A stretch of DNA of 64,000 nucleotides from Candidatus Poriferisocius sp. (GCF_965208355.1 NZ_CBDBOM010000003.1:1297339-1361338); one strand, 5' to 3'; positions 9,576 to 25,093 are shown, numbered from the stretch's first letter. The notes: generated by a model not told the origin, from the letters alone. Numbers and translations: made by a program.

Positions 9576-11804
9576 TCATCGGACCTTCTCCGCTTGAGAG
9601 CGCACGTAGTTGTTGACCAGCACCGCCACCAGCAGCAAGGCGCCCAATACCAGGAAGCGCCAGTCGCTGTTCCATGTGGCGAAACCGATGCCGGAGGTGA
9701 TCATGCCCCAGATAACCGCGCCGATAGCCGCGCCGATAGCCGATCCGTAGCCGCCGGTGAGCAGGCAGCCGCCGACCACCGCCACGATGATGTAGCGGAA
9801 CTCGTTTCCGTCGCCCACGTTGGCTTGCACCGAATTGAGCCGGAAGGCGATCACCATGCCGGTGACCCAGGCCGACGCCGAAACCAGCATGAACAGCGTG
9901 GTCTTGGTGCGGGCCGCAGGCACACCCACCGAGCGGGAAGCATCCTTGTTGCCGCCCACCGCAAAGATCCAGTTGCCGAACTGGGTGCGGGCCAGTACCC
10001 AGGCCCCCAACACGGCAAACAACAAGAACAACATCACGCCGACGCCGAATCGGGTCTCGGCCCGGGTAGCGGCCAATTCCTCACTGGTGATGAACATCAG
10101 CTTGGCCGCTATGCCCAGCATGACTGATCCGAGCCCGACGAAGACCAGCGAACGGCCCACGCTCTCATCGGAGGTGAACAGCGTGCGGAAGAGGGTGGCC
10201 AGGGCGAAGACCGCAAATGCGACGATGCCACCCTTGGCCACCGCCATGATGATGCTGTAGAGAATTCCGTCGCCGTCGGCCAATTCCAAGACCAATGACA
10301 CCAGCCCCGCGGCCAATCCGAGCACTGTCCCTATTTGTCGAGCGAGGGGTCCGTGAATCGGAGGTGGTGGGGCACTTGTGCGCCGAGCTGCGATCAGCCC
10401 GGCGACGGCGGAGGCGGCCAGTAGGAGAGCGATCAACAGCAGCGCGGTGAACAGCTCCACCCGCAGCTTGCGGGAATCTGCTTCCGACTGGATAAAGAAA
10501 GCCAGAATCACGATACCCACCGAGGTGAGGAGGGTGAACAGCGCCGCCAGGCCGCGGCGCCGGGCGGCAATGCTGAGCAGCACCACCCCGGCGATGGCCA
10601 AGATGCCGAACAGGATGGCCCGGGCGCCCTGCACGGTGATCATGTAGCTGACGCCGGGGACGAGGGCAATGAGCGCACCGATGGCGGGGTATCCCACGCT
10701 GACCCGGCCCAGTGCGGCCAGCACGGCCAACACCCCAGTGGCGCCGATGCCGATGGCCAAAACGGCACGGCCCGGCGTGCCGGTCAAGAAGTCGAGGCGA
10801 TCGGCGTTGCTGGAGTCCATGACCGCGGCGATCAAAATGGCTCCGATGATGGCCACAACCCCGGCGATCAGGAATTGGACCACCCTCGGGTCGTGTTCTG
10901 TAGGGGCTGGTTCTCGCTCAGCTGGTTGGTAGCGGGCCAAGCACCAGCCAGCCACCCCCACCAGCACTCCCGCTCCAGTAATGATTCCGAATACCCAGTT
11001 GGAGCTCTTGCTGTCTTGGTTGAGCAAAAGGATGTAGCCGATGGCGCCAACGGCCGCACCGATCGCCGAGATCAGGTATCCGCCCATGTTGGGCTTCTCG
11101 CGTCGGGCGTAGGCCAACTCCATGGTGCCCAAGATCAAGACGACCGCGCCGATGATGAGCAGGCCGCTCCAGGCCCAGTCTCGATCGTCCCAGATGTGAC
11201 CGTTTCGGACCCAGGTGGCACCGAAGATGTTGTCCCAGAACTCATAGCCGCCCGAGCGGTCGAGACCCTCGGCGATCACTTTGTTGGTGAACAGCTTGGT
11301 GAAGCCCAGTTTGGCCCCGATGAGGATGAAGAATGTGCCCAGGGTGACGATGAAGCTGGGCAACGAGGTCTTGTCCACCAGCGTCCCGTTGAACCAGCCG
11401 ATGGCCAAGGCAAAGGCCAAGGAGAGCGGGACCGCAAGGTGAAGGCTGAGCCCGGCACCGCCCAACTCGGCGGTGTCGCTGCTCAACAAAACCACAATTA
11501 CCGCGGTGGCCCCAGTCATGGAGCCCGAGGAGAGGTCGAATTCACCCCCGATCATCAAAAGGGCCACCGGTATTGCCATCAAGCCGAGGGTGGCGGCCAC
11601 GTCCAGGTAGTTGGCCGTGCCCCCTGCGGTGCCAAATGGCGCTGACACCAGCCAGAACAAGAGCCAAACGCCGACTGCGCCGATGAGCGCGCCGATCTCC
11701 GGTCTGGTCAGCAGTTGTTGGACCGGGCCTCGATGGGCTAGTCGCTCGTCTTCAACCGGCGGCAAGCTGTCCGCAGTATCAGTCGTAGTGGTCGCTTCGG
11801 CCAC
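9576..11804 (-). CDS. CUT2 (RbsC/AraH-type) ABC permease with a very large internal hydrophobic insertion
   Basis: N-terminal [10 protein letters not shown] and SFIVTLGT motifs and C-terminal [14 protein letters not shown] ... [12 protein letters not shown] motifs of ribose-type permeases are separated by ~400 extra, mostly hydrophobic residues. GTG start after GAGGGGGGA. Confidence 0.7.
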   Translation of the reverse strand: MAEATTTTDTADSLPPVEDERLAHRGPVQQLLTRPEIGALIGAVGVWLLFWLVSAPFGTAGGTANYLDVAATLGLMAIPVALLMIGGEFDLSSGSMTGATAVIVVLLSSDTAELGGAGLSLHLAVPLSLAFALAIGWFNGTLVDKTSLPSFIVTLGTFFILIGAKLGFTKLFTNKVIAEGLDRSGGYEFWDNIFGATWVRNGHIWDDRDWAWSGLLIIGAVVLILGTMELAYARREKPNMGGYLISAIGAAVGAIGYILLLNQDSKSSNWVFGIITGAGVLVGVAGWCLARYQPAEREPAPTEHDPRVVQFLIAGVVAIIGAILIAAVMDSSNADRLDFLTGTPGRAVLAIGIGATGVLAVLAALGRVSVGYPAIGALIALVPGVSYMITVQGARAILFGILAIAGVVLLSIAARRRGLAALFTLLTSVGIVILAFFIQSEADSRKLRVELFTALLLIALLLAASAVAGLIAARRTSAPPPPIHGPLARQIGTVLGLAAGLVSLVLELADGDGILYSIIMAVAKGGIVAFAVFALATLFRTLFTSDESVGRSLVFVGLGSVMLGIAAKLMFITSEELAATRAETRFGVGVMLFLLFAVLGAWVLARTQFGNWIFAVGGNKDASRSVGVPAARTKTTLFMLVSASAWVTGMVIAFRLNSVQANVGDGNEFRYIIVAVVGGCLLTGGYGSAIGAAIGAVIWGMITSGIGFATWNSDWRFLVLGALLLVAVLVNNYVRSQAEKVR

Positions 11805-11872
11805 GAGAGTCCCCCCTCTATACCTGGGCGATATACCCGGCCAATGAATTTTGTTGACTATAAGCGAAACGC

Positions 11873-11936
11873 AAGGAGCGCTGCCCGGATACCCGGGCAG
11901 CGCTCCTTATTTCTTGCGACGCGCTCAGCGTCGCAA
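11873..11936 (-). promoter_or_regulatory. Two strong intercistronic stem-loops between the binding-protein gene and the permease gene
   Basis: Perfect 16-bp stem AAGGAGCGCTGCCCGG/CCGGGCAGCGCTCCTT with a 4-nt loop (11873-11908). Perfect 9-bp stem TTGCGACGC/GCGTCGCAA with a 5-nt loop (11914-11936). Confidence 0.6.
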
Positions 11937-11950
11937 ATCAGTTTTTGGGA

Positions 11951-12994
11951 TTATCGGGTTCCCTGGGACACCAGTGCCTTGACGTCCGCCGCGTTGGCGG
12001 TGTCGACGAAGCCAGGACCGGTGAGGATGGGCAAGCCGCCGCCCGCGGTGTTGAGGTTGGTGGCTTGCAGGTGCATCAGGATGACCGGCAGGTAGCCCTG
12101 GAGGTACTGCTGCTGGTCGACGGTGAAGGCCACGTTGCCCTGCTCAATCTGATCGATGAGGTCGCTGGACAGGTCGAAGCCGCCGATGATGAGTTCCCGT
12201 CCGGCTTGCTCACCGGCAGCCAGGGCCCGCAGGGGCAAGTTCGGTCCTACACCCAGAACAGCATCGATTGTTGGATCACCCTGTAGGCGAGCAGCGATAT
12301 TGTTCTGCTGCTCATCGGGGGTGGCGTCGAGTCCGACGAACTCCGAGGTCACCTGGCCGTTGAAGGTTTCGGCCAAGCCATTGCAGCGCTCTTCCAGAGC
12401 CACGTTGGTCTGCTCCTGGCGGGCGCAGAGCACGTGGGTGGCACCCAGAGCGTTGAACCGCTCGCCGGCGCCGTTACCGGCCACGGTCTCGGTTTGCCCG
12501 ATGTGGGTGGTCGCGCCCAGGGCCTTGTAGTTGTTCACACCAGAGTTGAGCGTGTATAGCGGAATGCCCGCGGCGACAACGGCCTCAGCAGCCGACTGGA
12601 CGCCGGCCGGGTCGGCCAGCGAGATGGCGATACCGCTGGAGCCGGCGGCGATGGCCGCCTCAATCTCCTGGGCTTGCCTCAAGGCGTCGTTGTTGGAGCC
12701 GAAGTAGACGACGTCGCAACCGATGGCTGCGGCGGCGTCGCGCACGGCCACCTCGACCACTGACCAGAAGGTGCCGGAGTCACCGTGGGTGATGACGTGG
12801 TAGGTGTGGTCGCAACCCTGGGTGGGGTCGACTTCCACGGCCTCCGTCGGCGCTGGAGCTTCAGTGGCTGGTGCCGCTGCTTCGGTAGGTGCGCTGGGTG
12901 CAGGCTCGCTGGAGTCATCGTCGTCGTTGCCGCAGGCTGCGGCTACGAGCGTGAACGCCAGGAGCAAAGCAAACAGCTTCCATAGCTTTCTCAT
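11951..12994 (-). CDS. Sugar/inositol ABC transporter substrate-binding lipoprotein
   Basis: Signal peptide plus lipobox (LVAAAC), acidic Pro/Ala/Glu tether, then a periplasmic-binding-protein type I fold (YFGSNND..., GFDLS). Start set at MRKLWKLF. Confidence 0.75.
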   Translation of the reverse strand: MRKLWKLFALLLAFTLVAAACGNDDDDSSEPAPSAPTEAAAPATEAPAPTEAVEVDPTQGCDHTYHVITHGDSGTFWSVVEVAVRDAAAAIGCDVVYFGSNNDALRQAQEIEAAIAAGSSGIAISLADPAGVQSAAEAVVAAGIPLYTLNSGVNNYKALGATTHIGQTETVAGNGAGERFNALGATHVLCARQEQTNVALEERCNGLAETFNGQVTSEFVGLDATPDEQQNNIAARLQGDPTIDAVLGVGPNLPLRALAAGEQAGRELIIGGFDLSSDLIDQIEQGNVAFTVDQQQYLQGYLPVILMHLQATNLNTAGGGLPILTGPGFVDTANAADVKALVSQGTR

Positions 12995-13022
12995 TATTGA
13001 ATTACCCCTCTCAAGGTAGTTG

Positions 13023-13937
13023 TCATTGGTTTTGTGAGGTTCCGGCACCCGCGAGTACGGGTTCCAGACTGCGCAGGAAATCGATGCTCTGGCGGGCGTC
13101 GAACCTCAGCCGAGCTACCGCAGAGGGATCATCCTCTGAGATTGCCGCATCCTGCTCCAGGACGTACCAGAGGTCGCGTCCTGTCTTTTCAAGGAGGTCG
13201 ACGATCTCGGTGATCGGCAGCCCTCCCTGACCTAGCGGCGGGAACAAGCCACGCTGTACGCCCTCCATGAGCGACAGCTCTCCCGCCATGACCTGGGCAG
13301 CGATGCCCAGGTCGACGTCTTTGATGTGCACAAGTGCAATGCGATCCAGATAGCGCTTGGTCATGTCCAGGACGTCAGCGCCCCCTAACAGAAAGTGCGC
13401 GGTGTCGAGCACCAGAGCGGTATTGCTGATTTCCAGGATGCGCTCGGCCTCCTCTGCGGTCTCCACCAGGCATCCGAAGTGGGCGTGCAGAGCCTGAGTC
13501 AGACCATGGTCGCTGGCCACTCGTCCTACTTCGGCCAGAGCGTCGGCCACGATTTGCCATTCGTGATCGGCCAACGGCTCTTGGCGCCAGTCGTCCAAGT
13601 GGCTGACCACACAAGTGACGAAGAAGCGACCGCCTCCACCGGCGATCAGCGCCGCAGACTCAGCAGCCGAGGCCAGGCTGTCCTCGGCAAGAAGGGGATC
13701 GTGCAAAACCAGGGGTACGAAGCCCCCGAGCAGCGACAATTTGTGGAGCTCGAGTACGGCTCGCAGATCGCCGGGATCGGTGGGCAAATACCCCAGTGAC
13801 CCAAGCTCAGTATGGGTGAATCCGGCGCTGGACATCTCCGTCAGGACGGCTTCAACAGGAAGCTGAAATCCCCAGCCGGGCATCTCGCACACACCCCAAC
13901 TGATGGGCGCGGTCGCGGTTCGCTCAAACAGTGTCAT
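13023..13937 (-). CDS. Xylose-isomerase-like TIM-barrel protein, IolE (inosose dehydratase)-like
   Basis: Sugar phosphate isomerase/epimerase fold. LVLDTAHFLL...VHIKDV resembles the IolE DTGH...VHFKDV region. Start set at MTLFERTA. Confidence 0.55.
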   Translation of the reverse strand: MTLFERTATAPISWGVCEMPGWGFQLPVEAVLTEMSSAGFTHTELGSLGYLPTDPGDLRAVLELHKLSLLGGFVPLVLHDPLLAEDSLASAAESAALIAGGGGRFFVTCVVSHLDDWRQEPLADHEWQIVADALAEVGRVASDHGLTQALHAHFGCLVETAEEAERILEISNTALVLDTAHFLLGGADVLDMTKRYLDRIALVHIKDVDLGIAAQVMAGELSLMEGVQRGLFPPLGQGGLPITEIVDLLEKTGRDLWYVLEQDAAISEDDPSAVARLRFDARQSIDFLRSLEPVLAGAGTSQNQ

Positions 13938-14029
13938 GTGCGCGCCGGATCCCCTTCTTCGCGCCCCTCCAATGCCCCATTTTGCTAGTGATCTTGCCAA
14001 ATGGTCAAGCCGAAATTTCCCAAATGGCT

Positions 14030-14671
14030 CTATTTCGAGGCTATTACCATGTCGAGTTCAGCGAGAGCGCTAGAAATGTCGTGTTCCACCAGGATTCCGT
14101 GCATGCCGAGCTGGCGTGCGGCATCCACGTTGGGTTCGAAGTCGTCCAAGAATGCGCTCGTATCCGGGCTGGGAACTCCCAGCTGATCAAGGGCTAGCTG
14201 GTAGATCCTCGGGTCGGGTTTGCGCATGCCCACCGCACTGGAATCGATCACCGCCTCGAACAGCTCGTCGACGGGGATGAGGTTGCGCCACATGTCGCCG
14301 AACTCTTTGGCGTTGTTGGTGATGATGGCCTGTGGTATGCCCGCTTCGTTGATCTCTCGGACTTTTGACACCGCCATCTCTCGTCGCTCGTCGCTGTTGG
14401 TACCAGACATGGCATTGAAGAACCCCTCGGAGTTGAATCCCTCAATGCCGTCAGCCCGGCAGGCCGCCGCCGCCGCATCCAGTGCCTCAGCCAGAGTCCC
14501 CTCGCCCCGTTCCAGCCGATGCCAGGGGTGGTCGCCATTGGCCTCATAGCGCCCGAAGACGTGCTCCAGGAGACGCTCGTTGGTGGTGCCCAGCGAGCGG
14601 GCATAGTCGTCGAGGTGGAATGGCGATCCGGTGAACACCCCGCCAAAATCCCAAAACACTGCCTTGATCAT
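14030..14671 (-). CDS. HAD-superfamily hydrolase
   Basis: Motif I FWDFGGVF, IITNN (motif II region), FLDDF (motif IV). Start set at MIKAVFWDF so that it does not overlap the upstream gene. Confidence 0.7.
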   Translation of the reverse strand: MIKAVFWDFGGVFTGSPFHLDDYARSLGTTNERLLEHVFGRYEANGDHPWHRLERGEGTLAEALDAAAAACRADGIEGFNSEGFFNAMSGTNSDERREMAVSKVREINEAGIPQAIITNNAKEFGDMWRNLIPVDELFEAVIDSSAVGMRKPDPRIYQLALDQLGVPSPDTSAFLDDFEPNVDAARQLGMHGILVEHDISSALAELDMVIASK

Positions 14672-14688
14672 CAAGAGCTCCTTGAAGG

Positions 14689-20584
<5,896 letters not shown>

Positions 20585-20640
20585 GAATCTGAGCCGACGA
20601 ACAAGCGTGACGTACCCAACAAAGGCGACTCACAGCCGAG

Positions 20641-21573
20641 ATGGTAGAGGTTGGCTTTCCTTGGGGTAGGGAAGATGCTGTAGTGGGACGAGTGAAGGGT
20701 CTCTCGGGGGATCGGGCTTGGGCCTGGTTGGTGCGAGTGTGGTGGGCGGCATTGCCGTTCACTGCTGGGCCGCTCTTGGCCGATGGATTGCACGAGACCG
20801 GCGCGGCCTGGCGGACCACAGCGTCGGTGGGGCTATGGGTGGTGTGGGGCGTAGTCCTGGTGGGGTCGTTGCTGGCTCATCCGGCCACTCTGGTCTTGGT
20901 ACGACTGGCCACACCCTCCGCAGTCGTGGCTTTGGTTTGGTCGGGGAGGGAGGGGGCCGACTGGGGCGAGGTTGCCCTGGTTGCGGCCATCACCGCCGGG
21001 GTGGCCGCAGTGTCGCTGAGCGCTCCAGTGGGCCATTTGTTTGTGAATGGCATTTCCTATGGTGACGAAGCACGGCTCTTGCTGAGACCGTCGGCGCTGC
21101 TGCTGGCCGGGCCGCTGCCTGTAGCGGCGGCAGTCACGGTCGGAGGCGTGGTGAGCGGTCCACTGCTGTTGGCTGCTGAGCATTGGGCTATCGGAGGGGT
21201 GGTCACCGCGGCAGGCGGAGCTCTCGCAATGGTCGGCGCTCGCTCACTCCATTCGCTCACCAGGCGGTGGCTGGTGTTCGTTCCTGCCGGCGTCGTGCTC
21301 CACGACCACCTTGCGGTGCAAGATCCCGTTCTGCTCCGTCGCCGGGCGGTGGCCAGCTTCGGGCCCGCTAGACAAGGGTCCGATGCCTTGGACCTCACCC
21401 AAGGTGCCGCTGGTTTGATATTGGAGCTGGCCACTAGCCAGCCAATCGCCCTGACCCCGCCCACTCGACGCAAGGGTTCGGCCGAAGAGGTCCAGACCAG
21501 CGGCATCCTCATCGCCATTTCGCGTCCTGGCTATGCAGTGACCCTGGCCCACCAGCGCCAGCTCATTTCCTGA
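20641..21573 (+). CDS. Hypothetical integral membrane protein
   Basis: Several hydrophobic helices (WLVRVWWAALPF, LWVVWGVVLVGSLL, ...). No family recognised. Start uncertain. Confidence 0.35.
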   Translation: MVEVGFPWGREDAVVGRVKGLSGDRAWAWLVRVWWAALPFTAGPLLADGLHETGAAWRTTASVGLWVVWGVVLVGSLLAHPATLVLVRLATPSAVVALVWSGREGADWGEVALVAAITAGVAAVSLSAPVGHLFVNGISYGDEARLLLRPSALLLAGPLPVAAAVTVGGVVSGPLLLAAEHWAIGGVVTAAGGALAMVGARSLHSLTRRWLVFVPAGVVLHDHLAVQDPVLLRRRAVASFGPARQGSDALDLTQGAAGLILELATSQPIALTPPTRRKGSAEEVQTSGILIAISRPGYAVTLAHQRQLIS

Positions 21574-21584
21574 GCCCCTGAGCA

Positions 21585-21632
21585 CCCCTAGAACTTAGGC
21601 ACTAAGATTCCGAGTGCTGAAGCAACTAGGGG
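21585..21632 (+). promoter_or_regulatory. Nested inverted repeat just upstream of the MarR gene (candidate operator)
   Basis: CCCCTAG (21585-21591) / CTAGGGG (21626-21632) enclosing GCACT (21599-21603) / AGTGC (21613-21617). The right arm overlaps the RBS. Confidence 0.25.
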
Positions 21633-21639
21633 GGCGAGC

Positions 21640-22137
21640 ATGGCGAGTCAGTTCACTGATCCTGATCTGGACGCCTCGCCCATTGGGATATTCGGGCGGA
21701 TATCTCGGATCGACCGATTGTTCGAGCAGTCAATGGCCGAGTTCCTCCGCCCCCATGGCCTCACGCTCGGCCTATTCGACGTACTGGCGGCGCTGCGGAG
21801 AAACGGGGAGCCGTTTCAGGCCAAGCCAAGCGAGCTGGCCGCCATGACCATGCTCACTTCGGGGGGAATGACCGGGCGCGTAGACCAGCTCGAGAAGCTG
21901 AATCTGGTCTGTCGTGTGCCCGATCCCGACGACCGCCGGGTGATGATGGCCCAGCTCAGTCCGGAGGGCAAAGACCTCATAGACCGGCTCATGGGCGAGC
22001 ACTTAGAGCGCGAGCGGGACCGATTGGAGTGGTTGCAGGACGGAGAGTCGGTGGAGTTCGCCGACTACTTGCGCATGCTGGAGGCATCCCTGCGGTCCCT
22101 CGACGGAGGGGTGCAGACAGAGGGGTCTGACGACTAG
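21640..22137 (+). CDS. MarR-family transcriptional regulator
   Basis: Winged-helix MarR pattern (LGLFDVLAALRR...PSELA....LTSGGMTGRVDQLEKLNLVCRVPDPDDRR). Confidence 0.8.
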   Translation: MASQFTDPDLDASPIGIFGRISRIDRLFEQSMAEFLRPHGLTLGLFDVLAALRRNGEPFQAKPSELAAMTMLTSGGMTGRVDQLEKLNLVCRVPDPDDRRVMMAQLSPEGKDLIDRLMGEHLERERDRLEWLQDGESVEFADYLRMLEASLRSLDGGVQTEGSDD

Positions 22138-22553
22138 GAGGCTGAAAAGCACCAAGAGATGGTGTCGGAGTCGGCGGGGCCGACCTCTTGGCGCCAATAG
22201 GTCACCAGTACGCAGTTTTGTTCGGCGCGCAGGCTCTCGATCGCCTTGCCTTGATCGGGTCGAAACGTGAACCGGTTGAGATTGGGGAGATGTCGAATCT
22301 GACCAGGCGGAATCTCCACTCCGTTGATGGTCAGCCGGGCGTCGTAGCCGACGGCCAAGTCGATGCCCACAGTCTCCTGGGAGAGGACTTCAGCGTTGCG
22401 GGGAGGGATGAGTTCGTCCACCGCGGCGTTGCCGGTAACGGTCACGTCGTTGTCATCGGTGTCGGCCAGAAACAAAGCCAAGAGGATGGCCGCGGCCCCC
22501 ATCAGAGCCGCAATGCCCAACAGCACCCGGCGCAGAACGATGGATTCCAGCAC
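22134..22553 (-). CDS. Hypothetical membrane-anchored protein
   Basis: Single N-terminal TM segment (LLGIAALMGAAAILLALFL), then a ~100-aa soluble domain. Convergent 4-nt overlap with marR. Confidence 0.35.
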   Translation of the reverse strand: MLESIVLRRVLLGIAALMGAAAILLALFLADTDDNDVTVTGNAAVDELIPPRNAEVLSQETVGIDLAVGYDARLTINGVEIPPGQIRHLPNLNRFTFRPDQGKAIESLRAEQNCVLVTYWRQEVGPADSDTISWCFSAS

Positions 22554-22687
22554 GCTTCAAGTGTGCCCGCTGACAGGGTGCGGAGACACCCTGGGTGGCG
22601 CGGAACTTCTTGATTCGCCAGGTACCCTCAGAGTGTGACCCAAGCAAGCGGGGCGCCCGGTGACCCTCAGTCAACTACACCGCCTCG

Positions 22688-24595
22688 GTGGTCAGCATGA
22701 CCCAAGGCGGCGGGGAGATCGGCCGAGTTCTGGGCGGGCGCTACCGGCTCGTGACCCGCATCGGCGCAGGTCGATTCACCCATGTCTACTTGGCCTACGA
22801 CTTGTCTCAGTCGCGTCGGGTGGCGGTCAAGCTGCTGGCCGAGGAGGTTTTGCCCGAAGGGTGGAACAGAGATGGGGTATTCGCCAGCCGCTTCCTGGAG
22901 GCGGCTGAGGAGGCTGCCGCGGTGGTCCACCCGCATTTGGCCGCGGTGTACGACTGGGGAGACTCCGATGTCGGCCCTTATGTGGTGTACGAGTATCTGG
23001 TGGGCGGAAGCCTCCGGGGCATGCTCGATGCTGGACACTTGCTGTCGCCCTCTCAGACGCTGATGGTCGGATTGGAGGTGGCCCGCGGGCTTGAGCACAT
23101 TCATGGCCTTGGCCTCGTCCATCAAGATGTTCGGCCCTCCAACATCCTGTTCGACGGCCGCGGTCGATCCCGCCTGGCTGATCTGGGAACGTCATCGGTA
23201 TTGAACTCGTTCGAGTCGGGCGGGGTGCTCATGTCGAGGTCGGTCTTCTCGGAGATCGACGCGGTGCGCTACTCCTCCCCGGAGCAGGCGCAGAGACTGG
23301 TTCCCGACCACAAGAGCGACGTGTACTCCCTGGTTCTGGTGCTTACCGAGGCGTTGTCAGGCCGAGTGCCATTTGAATCCGACGATCCCGAATACACGCA
23401 GATGGCCAAGATGAGCCGCCAGCTCGACCTGGCCGGTCAATTCGACCGGTTGGGACGGGTGTTGGAAATGGCAGGCCGGCCGGAACGGGACGATCGTCCC
23501 AGCGCCCACGATCTGGGACTCGCGCTGCTGGCGTCGGCGGGAACACTGCCCCGGCCGGCGCCGCTTCCGCTGCCCAAAGAAGGGCCGGAGATCCCCGATA
23601 CCGCGGAGACCGCTGCGATAGGGGTGCCTCCGAGTCGTTCAGAGGCCGCAAGCGCACCGCCCGATGCCGGTCGTCCTCCGTACCGACGGCTGCTGGCGGC
23701 ACTGGTGGTCGTGGTCTTGCTGGGGGCGGCCGGATTTGGGGTGTTTGCCCTCTGGGAGAGGCAGTTCGGTACTGAAACCCAACCGGTGCCGGATCTGACG
23801 GGCGCCGACGACGCTGAACTGCTTCGCATTGAGAGCGAATTCGGCTGGGTTCTCAACCGCCTCGACCAGAGACAAGACGGCACGGTGGCGGGCCAAGTAC
23901 TCCGACAAGCGCCCCAACCGGGTACCGAATTGGAGGAGGGGGAGACCGTCACGGTGTGGGTGTCATTGGGTCCTGAGCTGGTGGCCATTCCCAGCAACCT
24001 GGCCGGCCTCGCCGTGGAGGATGCTGAGATTTCGCTGGGTGCGGTGGGCCTTTCGGTGGGGGATATCACCCAGCGGCCGGACGAAACAGTGATTGCCGGA
24101 GTGGTCATCGAGGTGGACGAGCTCTTCACCGAGGTGGAACCGGGCTCCAGCGTGGATTTGGTGGTTTCGCTGGGGCCATTGCCCCGCGTGGTGCCCGACA
24201 TCGAAACCGGCTCTTCGCTGGCTGTGGCCAGGGAAAGGCTGGAACAAGTCCGTCTGGGAGTGTTGGAGTGGCGGGTGTCAGACAATGAGGTGCAGGTCGA
24301 CCACGTGGTGAGATTGGAGCCTCCGCCGGGAACCGAGGTGGCCGCCGACTCGATAATCACTGTGGTGGTCTCCACAGGGCCTGAACAGGTACGAGTACCC
24401 GATGTGGCCACCCTCGGAGCTGGCGATGCCCTAGGCGTTCTGGAAGAAGCGGGTTTGTGTCTTGGCGAGATCGAGGGTCCGCTGGAATCCGAGATCCTGG
24501 CGTCCAACCCTCCCGCCGATACCGTCGTGGACTTCGGCACGTGCGTAGACCTGTTCACCCGCCCCGACGAGGAGGAGGGTGGGAGTTCCGGATAA
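22688..24595 (+). CDS. PknB-like Ser/Thr protein kinase with TM segment and about four PASTA repeats
   Basis: Kinase subdomains (GAGRFTHVY, VAVK, HQDVRPSN, DLG, SPEQ), TM LLAALVVVVLLGAAGFGVFAL, C-terminal repeats each starting VPD/IPS and ending V.LG/STGP. Confidence 0.8.
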   Translation: MVSMTQGGGEIGRVLGGRYRLVTRIGAGRFTHVYLAYDLSQSRRVAVKLLAEEVLPEGWNRDGVFASRFLEAAEEAAAVVHPHLAAVYDWGDSDVGPYVVYEYLVGGSLRGMLDAGHLLSPSQTLMVGLEVARGLEHIHGLGLVHQDVRPSNILFDGRGRSRLADLGTSSVLNSFESGGVLMSRSVFSEIDAVRYSSPEQAQRLVPDHKSDVYSLVLVLTEALSGRVPFESDDPEYTQMAKMSRQLDLAGQFDRLGRVLEMAGRPERDDRPSAHDLGLALLASAGTLPRPAPLPLPKEGPEIPDTAETAAIGVPPSRSEAASAPPDAGRPPYRRLLAALVVVVLLGAAGFGVFALWERQFGTETQPVPDLTGADDAELLRIESEFGWVLNRLDQRQDGTVAGQVLRQAPQPGTELEEGETVTVWVSLGPELVAIPSNLAGLAVEDAEISLGAVGLSVGDITQRPDETVIAGVVIEVDELFTEVEPGSSVDLVVSLGPLPRVVPDIETGSSLAVARERLEQVRLGVLEWRVSDNEVQVDHVVRLEPPPGTEVAADSIITVVVSTGPEQVRVPDVATLGAGDALGVLEEAGLCLGEIEGPLESEILASNPPADTVVDFGTCVDLFTRPDEEEGGSSG

Positions 24596-24604
24596 GGCTG
24601 ACCG

Positions 24605-25030
24605 CTATTCCAGGTCGGTGATTTCCTGAAGGCGGGTCTGAGCATGTCGGGCGAAGGCGACTTGTTCTTCGCTCATTCCCTCGCCGAAGAGTATGAGGAC
24701 AAGGGCCAAGTCGCCGTCTACCCGAAGGGTGCCGGTGAGGAAGCCGTGGGCCACGATGTCGGGGTCGTCAGTAACGAATGCGGCCAGGGCTGCGGGATAG
24801 TCGAGGATCACGGTGGCATCAGGGTCTTCCAGGTTGCCGGGAACGGGCAGCGGCCCCCCCGCTTCGGTGTCGATGTAGGCCATGAACCGGCCGTCACCGA
24901 AGGGGGTTCCGGTGACCATCAGGTTGACTCTGGCCCTTTGCCCTGTCGCTGGCGCGGTTGACGCAAGCTCCTCCCGCAGCGCCATTGCCGCATCGATCCA
25001 TTCGGGGCTGAGAAACCGGTGCGACCCCAT
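24605..25030 (-). CDS. SCP2 sterol-binding-domain-like protein
   Basis: 141 aa. FLSPEWIDA...VNL.V.G...G......D..G....PG...DPDATV..DY..A.....G..D...AF..G.L.V.GD resembles SCP2-type small proteins. Confidence 0.45.
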   Translation of the reverse strand: MGSHRFLSPEWIDAAMALREELASTAPATGQRARVNLMVTGTPFGDGRFMAYIDTEAGGPLPVPGNLEDPDATVILDYPAALAAFVTDDPDIVAHGFLTGTLRVDGDLALVLILFGEGMSEEQVAFARHAQTRLQEITDLE

Positions 25031-25093
25031 CTAGGCAACGTAGGCCACGGAGCGACTCCGGCGTGGGAATGGGCGGTACGATGTCGATTTGGT

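Noticed and set aside
23437-24645. 402-aa minus-strand ORF
   Set aside because: Antisense to the PASTA region of the kinase. Ser/Thr/Pro/Arg-rich with no motifs.
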